Below are positions 52,733 through 64,000 of a stretch of 64,000 nucleotides of DNA, in pieces. Each line of letters begins with the position of its first letter. Within the stretch, counting starts at the first letter, position 1. Source of the DNA: an uncultured Candidatus Saccharibacteria bacterium (GTDB taxonomy: Bacteria > Patescibacteriota > Minisyncoccia > Phycocordibacterales > UBA12088); assembly GCA_964521185.1 (NCBI GenBank), contig CAZFRC010000002.1:7779-71778 (forward strand). The letters run 5' to 3'. The position numbers and the translations under genes are program-made. The notes under the pieces are model-generated. The model saw only the letters and a program-made list of their open reading frames with translations. It did not search any database and was not told where the DNA came from.

Positions 52733-53563
52733 ATGATTGTGGACGGTCGCGGCATCGCACGTGCGATTCAAGAAGAACTTACCCTGACGCTCCAGCGCTC
52801 TGGACGATCGTTGTCGCTTGGAGTGTACACCATGCTTGAAGGACTTCCTTCCGATGTGCATTTGGCGATTGAAAAATTTCTAGGAATGAAAAAAAAGATG
52901 GCTGAGAACATTGGCGTCTCGTTTGTTCGATACGACTTTGAAGGGAAGAGTACTACGGATGACATTGTTTCGCATATTAATGACACCAAGTCATTGCATG
53001 ACGGCCTTATCGTGCAGTCACCAATGCCACCTCAAATCGCTATACAGACAGTGCGAAATGCCGTGCCGTATGAAAAAGACGTTGACCTTCTCGGTGAAGA
53101 AGCGAGCGCAAGGTTTTTCGCTGGCACATCAAAACTGCTTCCGCCTGTGGTTGGCGCTATTGATCAAGTGCTTACGCGACACCGCATCATTGTTTATGGG
53201 AAAGAGGTTGTGGTGGTGGGGAGCGGTATGTTAGTAGGAAAGCCAGCGGCATGTTGGTTTGAAAAAATGGGAGCACAGGTGACCGTGGTGAACCGAAAAA
53301 CACCGGACGTAAAAGCAGTTACGAAATCTGCCGATATTGTGGTCCTGGGTGCAGGAGTTCCCGGGCTTCTCACTCCCGACATGGTTCGGGATAATGTGAT
53401 AATTATCGACGCGGGGACTAGTGAAGAGGCTGGAAAACTTGTAGGAGACGCCGATCCCGCGTGCGCCGGAAAGGCTTTTTTAATGACGCCTGTTCCGGGT
53501 GGTATCGGTCCTATTACCGTAGCTCTCATATTTAAGAATCTGTTTCTTTCGCAATTGCATTAG
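52733..53563 (+). CDS. folD: Bifunctional methylenetetrahydrofolate dehydrogenase/cyclohydrolase.
   Basis: VVVGSGMLVGKPAACW...VPGGIGPITVALIFKN. Confidence 0.85.
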   Translation: MIVDGRGIARAIQEELTLTLQRSGRSLSLGVYTMLEGLPSDVHLAIEKFLGMKKKMAENIGVSFVRYDFEGKSTTDDIVSHINDTKSLHDGLIVQSPMPPQIAIQTVRNAVPYEKDVDLLGEEASARFFAGTSKLLPPVVGAIDQVLTRHRIIVYGKEVVVVGSGMLVGKPAACWFEKMGAQVTVVNRKTPDVKAVTKSADIVVLGAGVPGLLTPDMVRDNVIIIDAGTSEEAGKLVGDADPACAGKAFLMTPVPGGIGPITVALIFKNLFLSQLH

Positions 53564-53731
53564 ATACGACCCCTGATACATAAAAGTATTTCTTTGTATC
53601 GTGTGCATAGCAAAAGCCCGCATATATCCTGAATAGGAATTCGCCATTGTTTGTGATCACGGACGCCGTTTTTTTTGAGTCGGAGAGGGTCTGTTGATAT
53701 GGAATGACAAAGGGGTATACTATCGGCACAT

Positions 53732-55042
53732 ATGTGGAACGTACGAGTTTCAGCGGCACTCCTCTTGATTTTTGGCATTGCTGTTGGCTATTTTGTCTTT
53801 TCATCCGAATCTGTTTCGAATACTCGATTTCCTTTTAAATTCGGGCTTGATTTGGTCGGAGGCACGCACTTGGTGTATCGTGCGGACACTTCGTCACTTG
53901 CAATTTCTGAAGTCGCCGCATCCATGGATGCACTTCGTGACATAATTGAGCGTCGGGTGAATCTTTTTGGTGTGTCGGAGCCGTTGGTACAAGTGGAACG
54001 CGGGAGCGTGTTATCGTCTGGTAATCCTGAAAACCGGCTTATTGTTGAACTTCCAGGGATTACTGATGTGAATGAAGCCATTCGACAAATAGGGGAAACT
54101 CCCGTACTTGAATTTAAGCTTGTGGGACTGCCTGGCTCTGACGGTGTGCCGACGTACACTGATACCGGTCTTACCGGACGATTTGTCACGGGAGCTTCGG
54201 TGCAATTTTCAAATGGCACAGGGGGCGTAGGAATTTCTGAGCCGTCGGTCTTGTTGAACTTTGATTCCGAGGGCGCTAAACGTTTTGGCGAGATTACAAA
54301 AAACAACGTGGGAAGTCAGCTTGCTATTTTCCTCGACGGAACACTATTGTCTGATCCTTTTATTCGCCAAGCAATCTTCGACGGCAGGGCATCTATTGAG
54401 GGCGGATTTACAGCCGAGGAGGCGCGGAGCCTTGCAACGAGTATCTCGTTTGGAGCGCTTCCTGTTCCGATTGAACTCATCAGCACAAACACCATCGGCG
54501 CGACGCTTGGAACGGAAACTCTCTCTGCGCTCGTGTTTGCTGCCATTGTTGGATTTGTGGCGATAGGATGTTTTATGATTCTGTGGTACCGGCTTCCGGG
54601 ACTTGTATCAGCGTTGTCGCTTTTGATATATGCCGCGATGATGCTTGCTATTGTAAAACTTGTGCCGATTACATTGACGGGGGCAGGTATCGCCGGCTTC
54701 ATTCTTTCCCTTGGTATGGCGGTTGATGCAAACGTGATTATTTTCGAACGCCTTAAAGAAGAACTTCAGACGGGAAAAACGCTGAAACGTGCGACAGAAG
54801 AAGGATTTGCGCGTGCTTGGCTTGCTATTCGAGACGGCAATGCCACCACCATCATCGCGGGCATTGTGCTGTTTTGGTTCGGATCTTCACTCGTCGAAGG
54901 ATTCGCGCTTACCCTCTCTATCGGCGTTATTCTTTCAATGGTGAGTGCCATTTCGATCACGCGCACTTTACTACTCGCTTTCTCGTTTATGGAAGATCGG
55001 CGCGTAATCCGTTGGTTATTTGGTATTGGATTTTCAAAATAA
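53732..55042 (+). CDS. secD: Protein translocase subunit SecD.
   Basis: FKFGLDLVGGTHLVY and the periplasmic domain plus a 6-TM C-terminus. Confidence 0.9.
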   Translation: MWNVRVSAALLLIFGIAVGYFVFSSESVSNTRFPFKFGLDLVGGTHLVYRADTSSLAISEVAASMDALRDIIERRVNLFGVSEPLVQVERGSVLSSGNPENRLIVELPGITDVNEAIRQIGETPVLEFKLVGLPGSDGVPTYTDTGLTGRFVTGASVQFSNGTGGVGISEPSVLLNFDSEGAKRFGEITKNNVGSQLAIFLDGTLLSDPFIRQAIFDGRASIEGGFTAEEARSLATSISFGALPVPIELISTNTIGATLGTETLSALVFAAIVGFVAIGCFMILWYRLPGLVSALSLLIYAAMMLAIVKLVPITLTGAGIAGFILSLGMAVDANVIIFERLKEELQTGKTLKRATEEGFARAWLAIRDGNATTIIAGIVLFWFGSSLVEGFALTLSIGVILSMVSAISITRTLLLAFSFMEDRRVIRWLFGIGFSK

Positions 55043-55047
55043 ATCAT

Positions 55048-55962
55048 ATGTACGTCGTCCTCTATCGAAAATACTTCTACATTTTTTCCGGTGCGATGAT
55101 CGTGATTGCTTTGGCGTGTACTCTGTTGTTCGGTTTACGATTCGGCATTGATTTCACCGGCGGCGCACTCCTTGAGATCGAGTACCCAAACGGACGTCCA
55201 TCTGCGACAGACGTATCGGCGAACATCTCAAAAATACCCATTGGCACTTTCTCTCTTCGTGAATCCGGGGATGCGGGATATATTCTTCGCACACGCGATT
55301 TAACTGAAGACGAGCGCGTGGCAGTCGTAACCGCGTTGTCAGGCGGCGGCGAAGCAGTGGTAGAACAAAAACGCTACACATCAATTGGTCCAACTATCGG
55401 CGCCGAACTTCGCTCTAAAGGAGTCGTTGCGGTCGCGGTCGTCATACTATCGATTCTGCTCTATGTCGCATGGGCATTTCGAGGTGTTTCAAAACCAGTT
55501 TCCTCATGGAAATACGCAGCACTCACACTCATATCGTTGCTGCATGATGTCATTGTTCCAATCGGCTTGTTTTCCGTGCTCGGATATTTTGCGGGGGTTG
55601 AGGTCGATGCACTCTTTTTGACTGCGCTCTTGGTAACGCTCGGGTATTCCATTAACGACACGGTCATTATTTTTGACCGCATTCGAGAAAATTTAAGGAA
55701 GAATGAAGAAGCTGATCGAAAAGAGCCATTCGAGGAATTAGTAGGACGCTCGTTGTCTCAAACGTACGCACGGTCAATTAATACGTCAGTGACCACTATG
55801 ATCGCGCTCGTGGCCATTTACTTTTTCGGTGGGGAATCAACGAAACTTTTTGCACTCGCGCTCATTGCTGGCGTTGCGTCGGGCGCATATTCATCAATCG
55901 CCCTCGCCGCGCCGCTCCTGGTTACCATTGAAACATGGCAACGAAGGAGCAAAAGAACATGA
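55048..55962 (+). CDS. secF: Protein translocase subunit SecF. The ATG at 55048 lies inside ORF 54817.
   Basis: GIDFTGGALLEIEY, then the SecF TM core. Confidence 0.88.
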   Translation: MYVVLYRKYFYIFSGAMIVIALACTLLFGLRFGIDFTGGALLEIEYPNGRPSATDVSANISKIPIGTFSLRESGDAGYILRTRDLTEDERVAVVTALSGGGEAVVEQKRYTSIGPTIGAELRSKGVVAVAVVILSILLYVAWAFRGVSKPVSSWKYAALTLISLLHDVIVPIGLFSVLGYFAGVEVDALFLTALLVTLGYSINDTVIIFDRIRENLRKNEEADRKEPFEELVGRSLSQTYARSINTSVTTMIALVAIYFFGGESTKLFALALIAGVASGAYSSIALAAPLLVTIETWQRRSKRT

Positions 55963-56516
55963 TAATCGGAATTACAGGCACTCTTGGGGCAGGGAAAGGA
56001 ACGGTTGTTGAGTATCTTATGCAGAGAGGACTTAAGCACTATGCGGTATCCGATGATTTTTTAGCGGGAGAAGCTGTCTCGCGCGGTCTTACTCCAGACC
56101 GGACGGCAAGGCGGAATATCGCGAATGAATATCGGGCAAAGAATCCTACCGCCCTTATGGAAGCGGTGTACGCTCGCGCGAGCGCTCAAACAGGAGACGA
56201 CGCGCACGTGGTGATTGAACCGCAGCATACAAAAGCAGAAGTCGAATTTATAAAAGAGAAAGGCGGGATTGTCATTGCCGTCGATGCAGATTTGCAGATT
56301 CGCTATGAACGCATCTCAAAACGCGGGAGCGCCAAGGACAATGTTACCTACGAACAATTTGTGAAGGAGCAGGCGAAAGAAATGGCATCGGAGAATCCTG
56401 ATGAAAACAATCTTACGGCGGCTATTGAAGCGGCCGATTTTTATATTTTGAATAATGGTACGATATCGGAATTATACGAAGAACTTGAAGCGATATGCCA
56501 AAAACTGAAAGTATAG
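55959..56516 (+). CDS. P-loop nucleotide kinase, archaeal-type CMP-kinase-like. Its start overlaps the secF stop in an ATGA arrangement.
   Basis: MIIGITGTLGAGKGT P-loop, with overall architecture similar to archaeal cmk/AAA_17 kinases. Confidence 0.55.
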   Translation: MIIGITGTLGAGKGTVVEYLMQRGLKHYAVSDDFLAGEAVSRGLTPDRTARRNIANEYRAKNPTALMEAVYARASAQTGDDAHVVIEPQHTKAEVEFIKEKGGIVIAVDADLQIRYERISKRGSAKDNVTYEQFVKEQAKEMASENPDENNLTAAIEAADFYILNNGTISELYEELEAICQKLKV

Positions 56517-56575
56517 GGTATACTTTGCTATAAGAGATATTGATTGCATAAGATATCTTTTGTATAACATACAGC

Positions 56576-57019
56576 ATGGGAATTGAAAATCAAATGGAGA
56601 ACCCTAGTCTGGGGGAAATAAATCCAAAACAAGAACAAGGAAAAGGAGAAGGAAGAGGAGAAGGAAAAGGACGACGATGGATTCGTGGCGCTGTTTTAGC
56701 TGCTGGCGTTGCTGCTGGCGTTGCTGCTGAGGAGGTACAAGCAGGATCGTCTAATGCAAAAGAAATTATTAACGCGGCAGAGGCGATGCAGCAAATACAA
56801 GGCTCTGCAAATATGGCAGAGCATATTATTGCAATGGCTAGAAAGGGGGAGAACTTAGAGGAAGTTAAAAGACTGTTAGCGAACGGTCTTGAGATTACCA
56901 TAGAGGCTGACATTCTCCTTGGAAACCATGCACGGGCCCGTGCAACATTCGAAGCAGTCAGACATGTTATTAGCGATCTTGACGCAGAAAGAATTTATAT
57001 ACGTTTTTTTAAAAAGTGA
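56576..57019 (+). CDS. Hypothetical low-complexity small protein.
   Basis: ORF with KGEGRGEGKGRR and AAGVAAGVAA tandem repeats. Real coding status is uncertain. Confidence 0.3.
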   Translation: MGIENQMENPSLGEINPKQEQGKGEGRGEGKGRRWIRGAVLAAGVAAGVAAEEVQAGSSNAKEIINAAEAMQQIQGSANMAEHIIAMARKGENLEEVKRLLANGLEITIEADILLGNHARARATFEAVRHVISDLDAERIYIRFFKK

Positions 57020-57058
57020 TTTATTACGTCACGCCATTGCGTATCCTGCAGAGGATTA

Positions 57059-57751
57059 CTATTTTTCGATAATTGTTCCCACAAAAGGTTTTCCATTAAG
57101 GTAGTTGCTCAATCGGTTGAGATGTGCTCCATTCATAATGGCTACCTCGAGCGAAAGACGCTCTGCTTCTTTTGCCGCGACAGGATCAAAGGGAGATGAA
57201 AGACCCGGGTCCCATTCCTCTGGAATCAGCTTTCGAAAATCAGCCCATGTAATGCGTTCAATTTTTTCTGCATTCTGGTTTTTTCTTGGGTCGGCTGTAT
57301 ACACGTAATCAATATTAGAAAGATTGATTACGTTTTTCGCACCTCTTCGTTCGGCGATTTGAATGGCGCGAAGATCGGTCGAAGCTCCTGGACGATATCC
57401 GGCTGCAATCACAAGATGCGTGTTTTTTGGAACATCCAGCACATCGTCAGGATTGGTCACGATGACAGGATGCGCGATGTCCCGAAACACGGTTCGCACA
57501 AGATGCGCATTAAGGCGGGTTGAATGGATGCCCAGCCAGTCGAGATCTTCTCTGTCGAGGGCATAGATTTCCTTTGCGGCGTCCTGATAGTATCGTGCCG
57601 TCTTTCCACCGCCGACTATGATAATAAAATTGGTGCCCTTCGACACCTCTTCAACAACGAGATTCCTTAGATTTTTGAGAAACATTGTATCAATATTCTC
57701 TGGCACTATAAGCGATCCTCCCACAGATACGATAACAGGCGTATGTTGCAT
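57059..57751 (-). CDS. pyrH: UMP kinase, archaeal-like short form.
   Basis: VIVSVGGSLIV..., IIVGGGKTARYY, and the amino-acid-kinase fold. Confidence 0.8.
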   Translation of the reverse strand: MQHTPVIVSVGGSLIVPENIDTMFLKNLRNLVVEEVSKGTNFIIIVGGGKTARYYQDAAKEIYALDREDLDWLGIHSTRLNAHLVRTVFRDIAHPVIVTNPDDVLDVPKNTHLVIAAGYRPGASTDLRAIQIAERRGAKNVINLSNIDYVYTADPRKNQNAEKIERITWADFRKLIPEEWDPGLSSPFDPVAAKEAERLSLEVAIMNGAHLNRLSNYLNGKPFVGTIIEK

Positions 57752-57838
57752 GTGTCATAGAATATATGAATTTTTGATTATCGACCACTGGCATGTCTTT
57801 CTCCCCATACCTTAACGAACGGATCATATTACTGGGGG

Positions 57839-57867
57839 TTGACTCTTTGATGGGAGGAAGGTAGAAT
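57839..57867 (+). promoter_or_regulatory. Sigma70-like promoter TTGACT-N17-TAGAAT about 190 nt upstream of the 16S gene.
   Basis: TTGACT at 57839-57844 and TAGAAT at 57862-57867. Confidence 0.55.
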
Positions 57868-58057
57868 GCCTCCACTACCGAATTGTGCGGGTTTTTAATC
57901 CGCGGCCGGGAGGAAAACCCGGCGGGTAATTTGGTACTGCTCGTTGAAAACTGAATATGGAAATGCACACTAATCGAGAAAATAAGAGAAACTATGTTCT
58001 CTCTTGTTCCGTTCTCGCGTCTCATGCGAATGAGACGTTAAATAGTAAGAACCAGTT

Positions 58058-59517
<1,460 letters not shown>

Positions 59518-59786
59518 AATCGGAAAGGTCCTGTTCCAAATGTGAATAAGGACTTACCGGTCGATCTGTCCCTCGATCGAGGACAGAAGGGCAATAGCAT
59601 TGGTCCCTTCACTATGCTCGCTTGTCTATGTAAATAGACAGAGGTCGGATATGCGTACCGGCACTGGTGTTTGAACGGAACAAGAGAGAGGATGGTCTGT
59701 GTGCAGCAACGCGGCTTCGCCATATTAATATGGCGAAGCCGCGTTGTGTTTAGATCGCATTTTTGCTACATTTTCGATACGAATTT

Positions 59787-59860
59787 GCGAGTATAGCTCA
59801 GATGGTTAGAGCGCGTCACTGATAATGACGAGGTCCCAGGTTCGAATCCTGGTACTCGCA
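59787..59860 (+). tRNA. tRNA-Ile, anticodon GAT, with no encoded CCA.
   Basis: Cloverleaf: the GCGAGTA/TACTCGC acceptor, a CTGATAA anticodon loop, and GGTTCGAATCC T-arm. Confidence 0.85.
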
Positions 59861-59907
59861 CAGAAATTCGACCGCGAGAAAATCCCTTTATTTTAGCCAG
59901 TCAAAAT

Positions 59908-60699
59908 ATGATGAATATAACAATTATAAACGATTGCCGAGATGCAAATGCCATAGGCAGACAGGTGTCTAGAGCAAGCTCGTTTTTGCATGGTCCCGTC
60001 TCTTTTGTGGGTGTTGCGAGCGATATTCAGGCCGCGGGAAATATCATTGATATTCTGGATGCCATTGAAGATAATCCGGGCGTCATTCTCGTTAACGTGG
60101 CTCCCAGAAATGGCAAAGCAAAAAAATGGCCAAACGGAACACCATTTGGATTTTTTTGGCATAAAAAGATTCTTGTGCTAGCAAGCGTGGACGGATGCAC
60201 GCTATCTCTCGTTAAAAAATTCGAACTCACAAAACATATCACCGTTCTCGATATACCAAACACGCTGGATCAACTTATCGCCGGCGGCGCTTTGCAGAAC
60301 GACGTAAAGGACTTCATCACGAGAACACAATTTCGAAGTTTTGATTTTTTGCCGCGTATTGCCACATATCTTTATCACGGGGGAACCGTAACAGGAGAAG
60401 ACCTGCCTATCGAAACTATTCCTGACGCGCCGCCAGTCGTGTGGTGGATTGATAATTTTGGAAATTGTAAGACCACCTTAGTGCAAGAAGACATGCAAAA
60501 AGAAAAACTTCGTCTTTCAGACAAGTTCAAAGACGTTCCCTATTTTGAAAGACTCAAAGATGTTCCTGACAAATCCGCCGCTTTAATTGTGGGAAGTTCT
60601 GGTCTTGGCAAGAAGAGATTTTTTGAGATCGTGGTTCAGGGCGGAAGTGCGGAGGAAATGTTTGATGTTTCTGCCGGAGAGACGGTGTTGTCTCAATGA
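59908..60699 (+). CDS. DUF62 / SAM hydroxide adenosyltransferase-like protein (SalL/FlA superfamily), divergent.
   Basis: WWIDNFGNCKTTL and C-terminal FEIVVQGGSAEEMFDVSAGETV match the DUF62 C-domain. The N-terminal motif reads INDCRD instead of TTDFG. Confidence 0.55.
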   Translation: MMNITIINDCRDANAIGRQVSRASSFLHGPVSFVGVASDIQAAGNIIDILDAIEDNPGVILVNVAPRNGKAKKWPNGTPFGFFWHKKILVLASVDGCTLSLVKKFELTKHITVLDIPNTLDQLIAGGALQNDVKDFITRTQFRSFDFLPRIATYLYHGGTVTGEDLPIETIPDAPPVVWWIDNFGNCKTTLVQEDMQKEKLRLSDKFKDVPYFERLKDVPDKSAALIVGSSGLGKKRFFEIVVQGGSAEEMFDVSAGETVLSQ

Positions 60700-60994
60700 T
60701 CAAGACTACGTCTAACTTTTTTGCGCGCATGTATCTGCATATACGGGAGATACTTCATTGAATATCCAAATACATCCCATGATCCTTGCTCATGTTTGTT
60801 TTGGGTTATGGGTCGCGATGCCGCGCGGGTTAGATGATTGGTGAAAGATATTGTCTGACACAGAAGCACCCAGATACACTTATCGATTGCATTGGTGGCG
60901 CGGTATTCATGTCCTTGCGTGTTATCGTACGCTTTAAATCCTAGTCATTTCATCGTAGTATGCCCACAGAAAGCATGTAATTGTTCTTGATTGA

Positions 60995-61076
60995 GGGCGC
61001 GTGGCGGAACTGGTATACGCGTACGTCTCAGAAGCGTATGTCGAAAGACTTGGGAGTTCAAATCTCCCCACGCCCA
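60995..61076 (+). tRNA. tRNA-Leu, anticodon CAG, with a long variable arm. There is one C-A mismatch in the acceptor stem.
   Basis: Anticodon loop CTCAGAA, variable arm TGTCGAAAGACTTG, and T-arm GGGAGTTCAAATCTCCC. Confidence 0.6.
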
Positions 61077-61195
61077 CACAGTCTTGGTAGTAAGTGGCCT
61101 CCATGCGTATTGCTTATCCATATCAAAAAACATTAGGTAGTGCGCCACGAACCTACTTCCTTGAAGGAAACAGGTTCGTGGCGCATGATAAATAA

Positions 61196-62527
61196 ATGAG
61201 TGCCGAATACAAGAATTTTTTTAAGGGGAAGCGCATTACTCTTATGGGGTTGGGACTTCTTGGTCGGGGCGTGGGAGACGCTCGGTTTTTTGCCCAGATG
61301 GGAGCAGAACTTATCGTCACTGATATTAAGGGTGCAGAAGAACTCAAGCCCTCGATCGACGTGTTACGGGACGTTCCTCATATCACTTTCCATTTAGGAG
61401 GACATGTAATAGACGATTTTCGTGGGCGCGACATCGTGATTGTCGGTCCTTCGGTGCCACACGATTCTCCGTTTGTAACAGAAGCAAGGCGAAGCGGCGC
61501 ACATGTCACCATGTCTGCTGCATTGTTTGCCAAACTCTCCAAAATTCCCATCATTGGAATTACTGGAACGAGAGGAAAGACGACCACTACTCATATGATT
61601 GCCGCTATACTAAAAGCCGATGGGTATTCCGTGCTCCTTGGTGGGAATGTGCAGGGCGTTTCAACCATCTCGTTGTTGCCAGAGACCACAAGGCCAAATC
61701 CTGTGGGAGTGCTCGAACTCGATTCGTGGCAGTTGCAAGGATTTCGTGAAGAGAAATTGTCACCTCACATCGCTGTTTTCACCACGTTTTTTCCTGATCA
61801 TCTGAATTATTACCACAATGATCTTGATGCGTACCTTGCCGACAAGGCGGAAATTTTCTTGCATCAGGATTCAACCGACACGCTTGTTGTGGGCGAACAG
61901 GCGACAACCATTTTGAAAGAGAAGTACGGCAAAAATATTCGCTCACAGGTTACCATCGCTAAAACCAACCATGTGCCACGTGAATGGAAGCTTAAAATTC
62001 CCGGAGAACACAATCGATACAATGCCGCGTGCGCTCTTTTGGCGACACGGGCGTTTGGCGCATCAGAAGATGCGACACATCAGGGTGTGGTGAATTTTAA
62101 AGGGGTGCCCGGGCGTCTTGAACGTGTGCGAGAAATCGATGGGGTTGCGTATTATAATGACACCACCGCGACTACTCCAGAAGCTACTATCGCAGGAATT
62201 CAAGCACTCTCTCCAAACGGAGAGAAAAATGTCGTGCTTATTATGGGAGGTGCCGACAAGGGATTAGACCTATCTCCCGTAATAACCATGTCGCGGGAAA
62301 TGTGTAAAAAGGTAATACTGCTTAAAGGGACGGGAACGGATCGCATTGTATCACAACTACCTGACGCCCCCCTCCACGATTCCCTCGAGTCGGCTGTCAT
62401 TGAAGCAAAAAATATAACGACGAATGGAGACGTTGTGTTATTTTCCCCTGCGTTTGCTTCGTTTGGGATGTTTGCCAACGAATATGACAGGGGAGAACAA
62501 TTTAATGCTATTGTGTCTCGGATATGA
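61196..62527 (+). CDS. murD: UDP-N-acetylmuramoylalanine--D-glutamate ligase.
   Basis: GITGTRGKTTTTHMIAAIL and the Mur ligase domains. Confidence 0.88.
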   Translation: MSAEYKNFFKGKRITLMGLGLLGRGVGDARFFAQMGAELIVTDIKGAEELKPSIDVLRDVPHITFHLGGHVIDDFRGRDIVIVGPSVPHDSPFVTEARRSGAHVTMSAALFAKLSKIPIIGITGTRGKTTTTHMIAAILKADGYSVLLGGNVQGVSTISLLPETTRPNPVGVLELDSWQLQGFREEKLSPHIAVFTTFFPDHLNYYHNDLDAYLADKAEIFLHQDSTDTLVVGEQATTILKEKYGKNIRSQVTIAKTNHVPREWKLKIPGEHNRYNAACALLATRAFGASEDATHQGVVNFKGVPGRLERVREIDGVAYYNDTTATTPEATIAGIQALSPNGEKNVVLIMGGADKGLDLSPVITMSREMCKKVILLKGTGTDRIVSQLPDAPLHDSLESAVIEAKNITTNGDVVLFSPAFASFGMFANEYDRGEQFNAIVSRI

Positions 62528-63816
62528 TGTTGCCAAAAAAAGTATACATGGTTGGCATTGGCGGCATTGGCATGTCGGCGCTTGCCCAATTTTTTAAAGC
62601 TCAAGGAATTGATGTGTCTGGATCCGACAGAAGCGCTTCACTCGTTACTGAATTATTAGAGTCAAAAGGAATTTCCGTAGCTATCGGCGGAGGAAAAGTT
62701 CCAGACGACACCGCTCTCTTGGTGTATAGTGACGCGGTTTTGGCCGATCATCCAGAGCGTATTTTTGCGCGGACAAGGAATATTCCCGAATCATCGTATT
62801 TTACATTTCTCGGAGAAGTGTCTAAAGGAATGCATACGATTGCGGTTACGGGGACACACGGAAAGACAACGACGACCGCAATGGTGGCAAAAATTTTATA
62901 CGAAGCTAAAAAAGAGCCGACTGCGATTATAGGTTCTCTCGTCGCTGATTTTGGCAGTAATTTTCTTTTAGGAAATAATGAATTGTTGGTGGTCGAGGCG
63001 TGCGAATATCGCAATCACGTGCTTGAACTCAACTATTCCATATTAGTAATGACGAATGTTGAATGGGACCATACTGATTTTTTCCTCAATCTCGAGGAAC
63101 TCAAAAATATGTTTCGTAACGCAATAGAAAAGCTACCACTACATGGTGTTTTGGTAACAAACCCAAATGACCCAGTTATTGAATCCGTGCTATTAGGGCG
63201 GCGTCTTGATATTAAGGTGGTGGATTACACGAAAGAACATGTGCCGGAATTGACGTTGATTGGAGAATTTAACAAGGCAAACGCTCGCGCCGCCAAGGCG
63301 GCGGTGCGAGCGTTTGCTCCTGATATTTCTGAATCAGCCATTGATCATTCACTTGAGACATTTCGGGGCACTTGGCGGAGATTTGAATACAAGGGGAAGA
63401 CTAAAAATGGTGCAGATGTATACGATGATTATGCGCACCATCCAACTGCTGTTCGATCCACTCTTGAGGCTGTCCGGGCAAGGTTTCCCGATAAAAAACG
63501 TATCGTTGTTTTCCATCCCCATCTTTATTCCCGTACTCGTGATCTGATGAATGATTTTGCCGCTTCGTTCGACGACGCGGATCAAGTCATCGTCGCGCCA
63601 ATATTTGCAGCTCGCGAAGAGCCAATTTCTGGAATAACAAGCGAGGCGCTTGCGGAACATATTCGTGCTCGTGGAAAAGATGCGCGGGCTTTTTCTTCTC
63701 TCGACGACGTATACACCTATCTTACAACAGACTGCGGGCTACAGACTGCAGACGTGCTTATCACCATGGGTGCGGGTGATGTCTATAAGATCGCTGAAAA
63801 AATCACACAGGGCTGA
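62524..63816 (+). CDS. murC: UDP-N-acetylmuramate--L-alanine ligase.
   Basis: [14 protein letters not shown] and [20 protein letters not shown]. Confidence 0.88.
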   Translation: MMLPKKVYMVGIGGIGMSALAQFFKAQGIDVSGSDRSASLVTELLESKGISVAIGGGKVPDDTALLVYSDAVLADHPERIFARTRNIPESSYFTFLGEVSKGMHTIAVTGTHGKTTTTAMVAKILYEAKKEPTAIIGSLVADFGSNFLLGNNELLVVEACEYRNHVLELNYSILVMTNVEWDHTDFFLNLEELKNMFRNAIEKLPLHGVLVTNPNDPVIESVLLGRRLDIKVVDYTKEHVPELTLIGEFNKANARAAKAAVRAFAPDISESAIDHSLETFRGTWRRFEYKGKTKNGADVYDDYAHHPTAVRSTLEAVRARFPDKKRIVVFHPHLYSRTRDLMNDFAASFDDADQVIVAPIFAAREEPISGITSEALAEHIRARGKDARAFSSLDDVYTYLTTDCGLQTADVLITMGAGDVYKIAEKITQG

Positions 63817-63830
63817 AACTATGGGAATAC

Positions 63831-64000
63831 TTTCTATTGTCGCAACACCCATTGGTAATCTCGAAGACATCACACTTCGAGCACTTCGGATATTACGGGA
63901 GGCAGATCTAATTGCTTGCGAAGACACGCGGACGACGAAAAAACTTTTGGGGACGTATGGTATCGACACACCAACTATAAGTTTTCATGCTCACTCCGGA
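63831..64000 (+). CDS. rsmI: 16S rRNA 2'-O-methyltransferase RsmI-like (tetrapyrrole methylase fold). Only the N-terminal fragment is present; it is truncated by the window edge.
   Basis: [37 protein letters not shown]. Confidence 0.75.

Overview
This 64 kb window is a bacterial chromosome segment of intermediate GC content, dense in housekeeping genes, with no CRISPR array, transposase, integrase or prophage genes. Several traits point to a reduced, CPR/Patescibacteria-like genome, but that is inference only: the 16S gene lies 11.8 kb downstream of 23S-5S rather than in a linked operon, the 23S gene carries an ORF-less ~300 nt insertion with group-I-intron-like features, the 16S has a divergent 515 region and an unusual 3' tail, and Shine-Dalgarno motifs are largely absent.

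Gene content (+ strand unless noted):
- Translation and ribosome: secE-nusG-rplK (rplA does not follow), rplJ-rplL, rpsF-ssb-rpsR, efp (-), ileS, glyS, metG-tatD, two tRNAs (Ile-GAT, Leu-CAG).
- A thymidylate/folate cluster: folA (-), a dUTPase-like gene, dcd, thyA and glyA side by side, with folD elsewhere in the window.
- Recombination and division: recA (-), ftsK (-), recO-like.
- Cell envelope: ftsW/rodA, a GT4 glycosyltransferase (-), a sugar phosphotransferase, an NAD-dependent epimerase, murD, murC, pgsA, secD, secF.
- Regulation: an ECF sigma factor with an overlapping membrane anti-sigma candidate.
- Transport and other enzymes: an AI-2E family transporter, an ABC exporter, an M20 peptidase, a NUDIX hydrolase, an archaeal-type CMP-kinase-like gene, pyrH (-), a DUF62-like gene, partial rsmI.

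The most unusual observations:
1. The IleRS ORF contains a complete histidine-phosphatase (PGAM-like, RHG motif) domain inserted in-frame inside the catalytic body.
2. An AT-rich segment (28.5-30.1 kb) holds a winged-helix gene preceded by paired AAAGAC/GTCTTT palindromes, and sits upstream of a 1176-aa surface protein with a peptidoglycan-binding domain, a long 5' region and a very strong terminator.
3. A ~570 nt GC-rich, highly structured non-coding stretch follows the 5S gene.
4. An alpha/beta-hydrolase gene is interrupted by a +1 frameshift at a GGG run.
5. Three near-identical TTGACA-N16/17-TAnAnT promoters sit upstream of secE, 23S and 16S.
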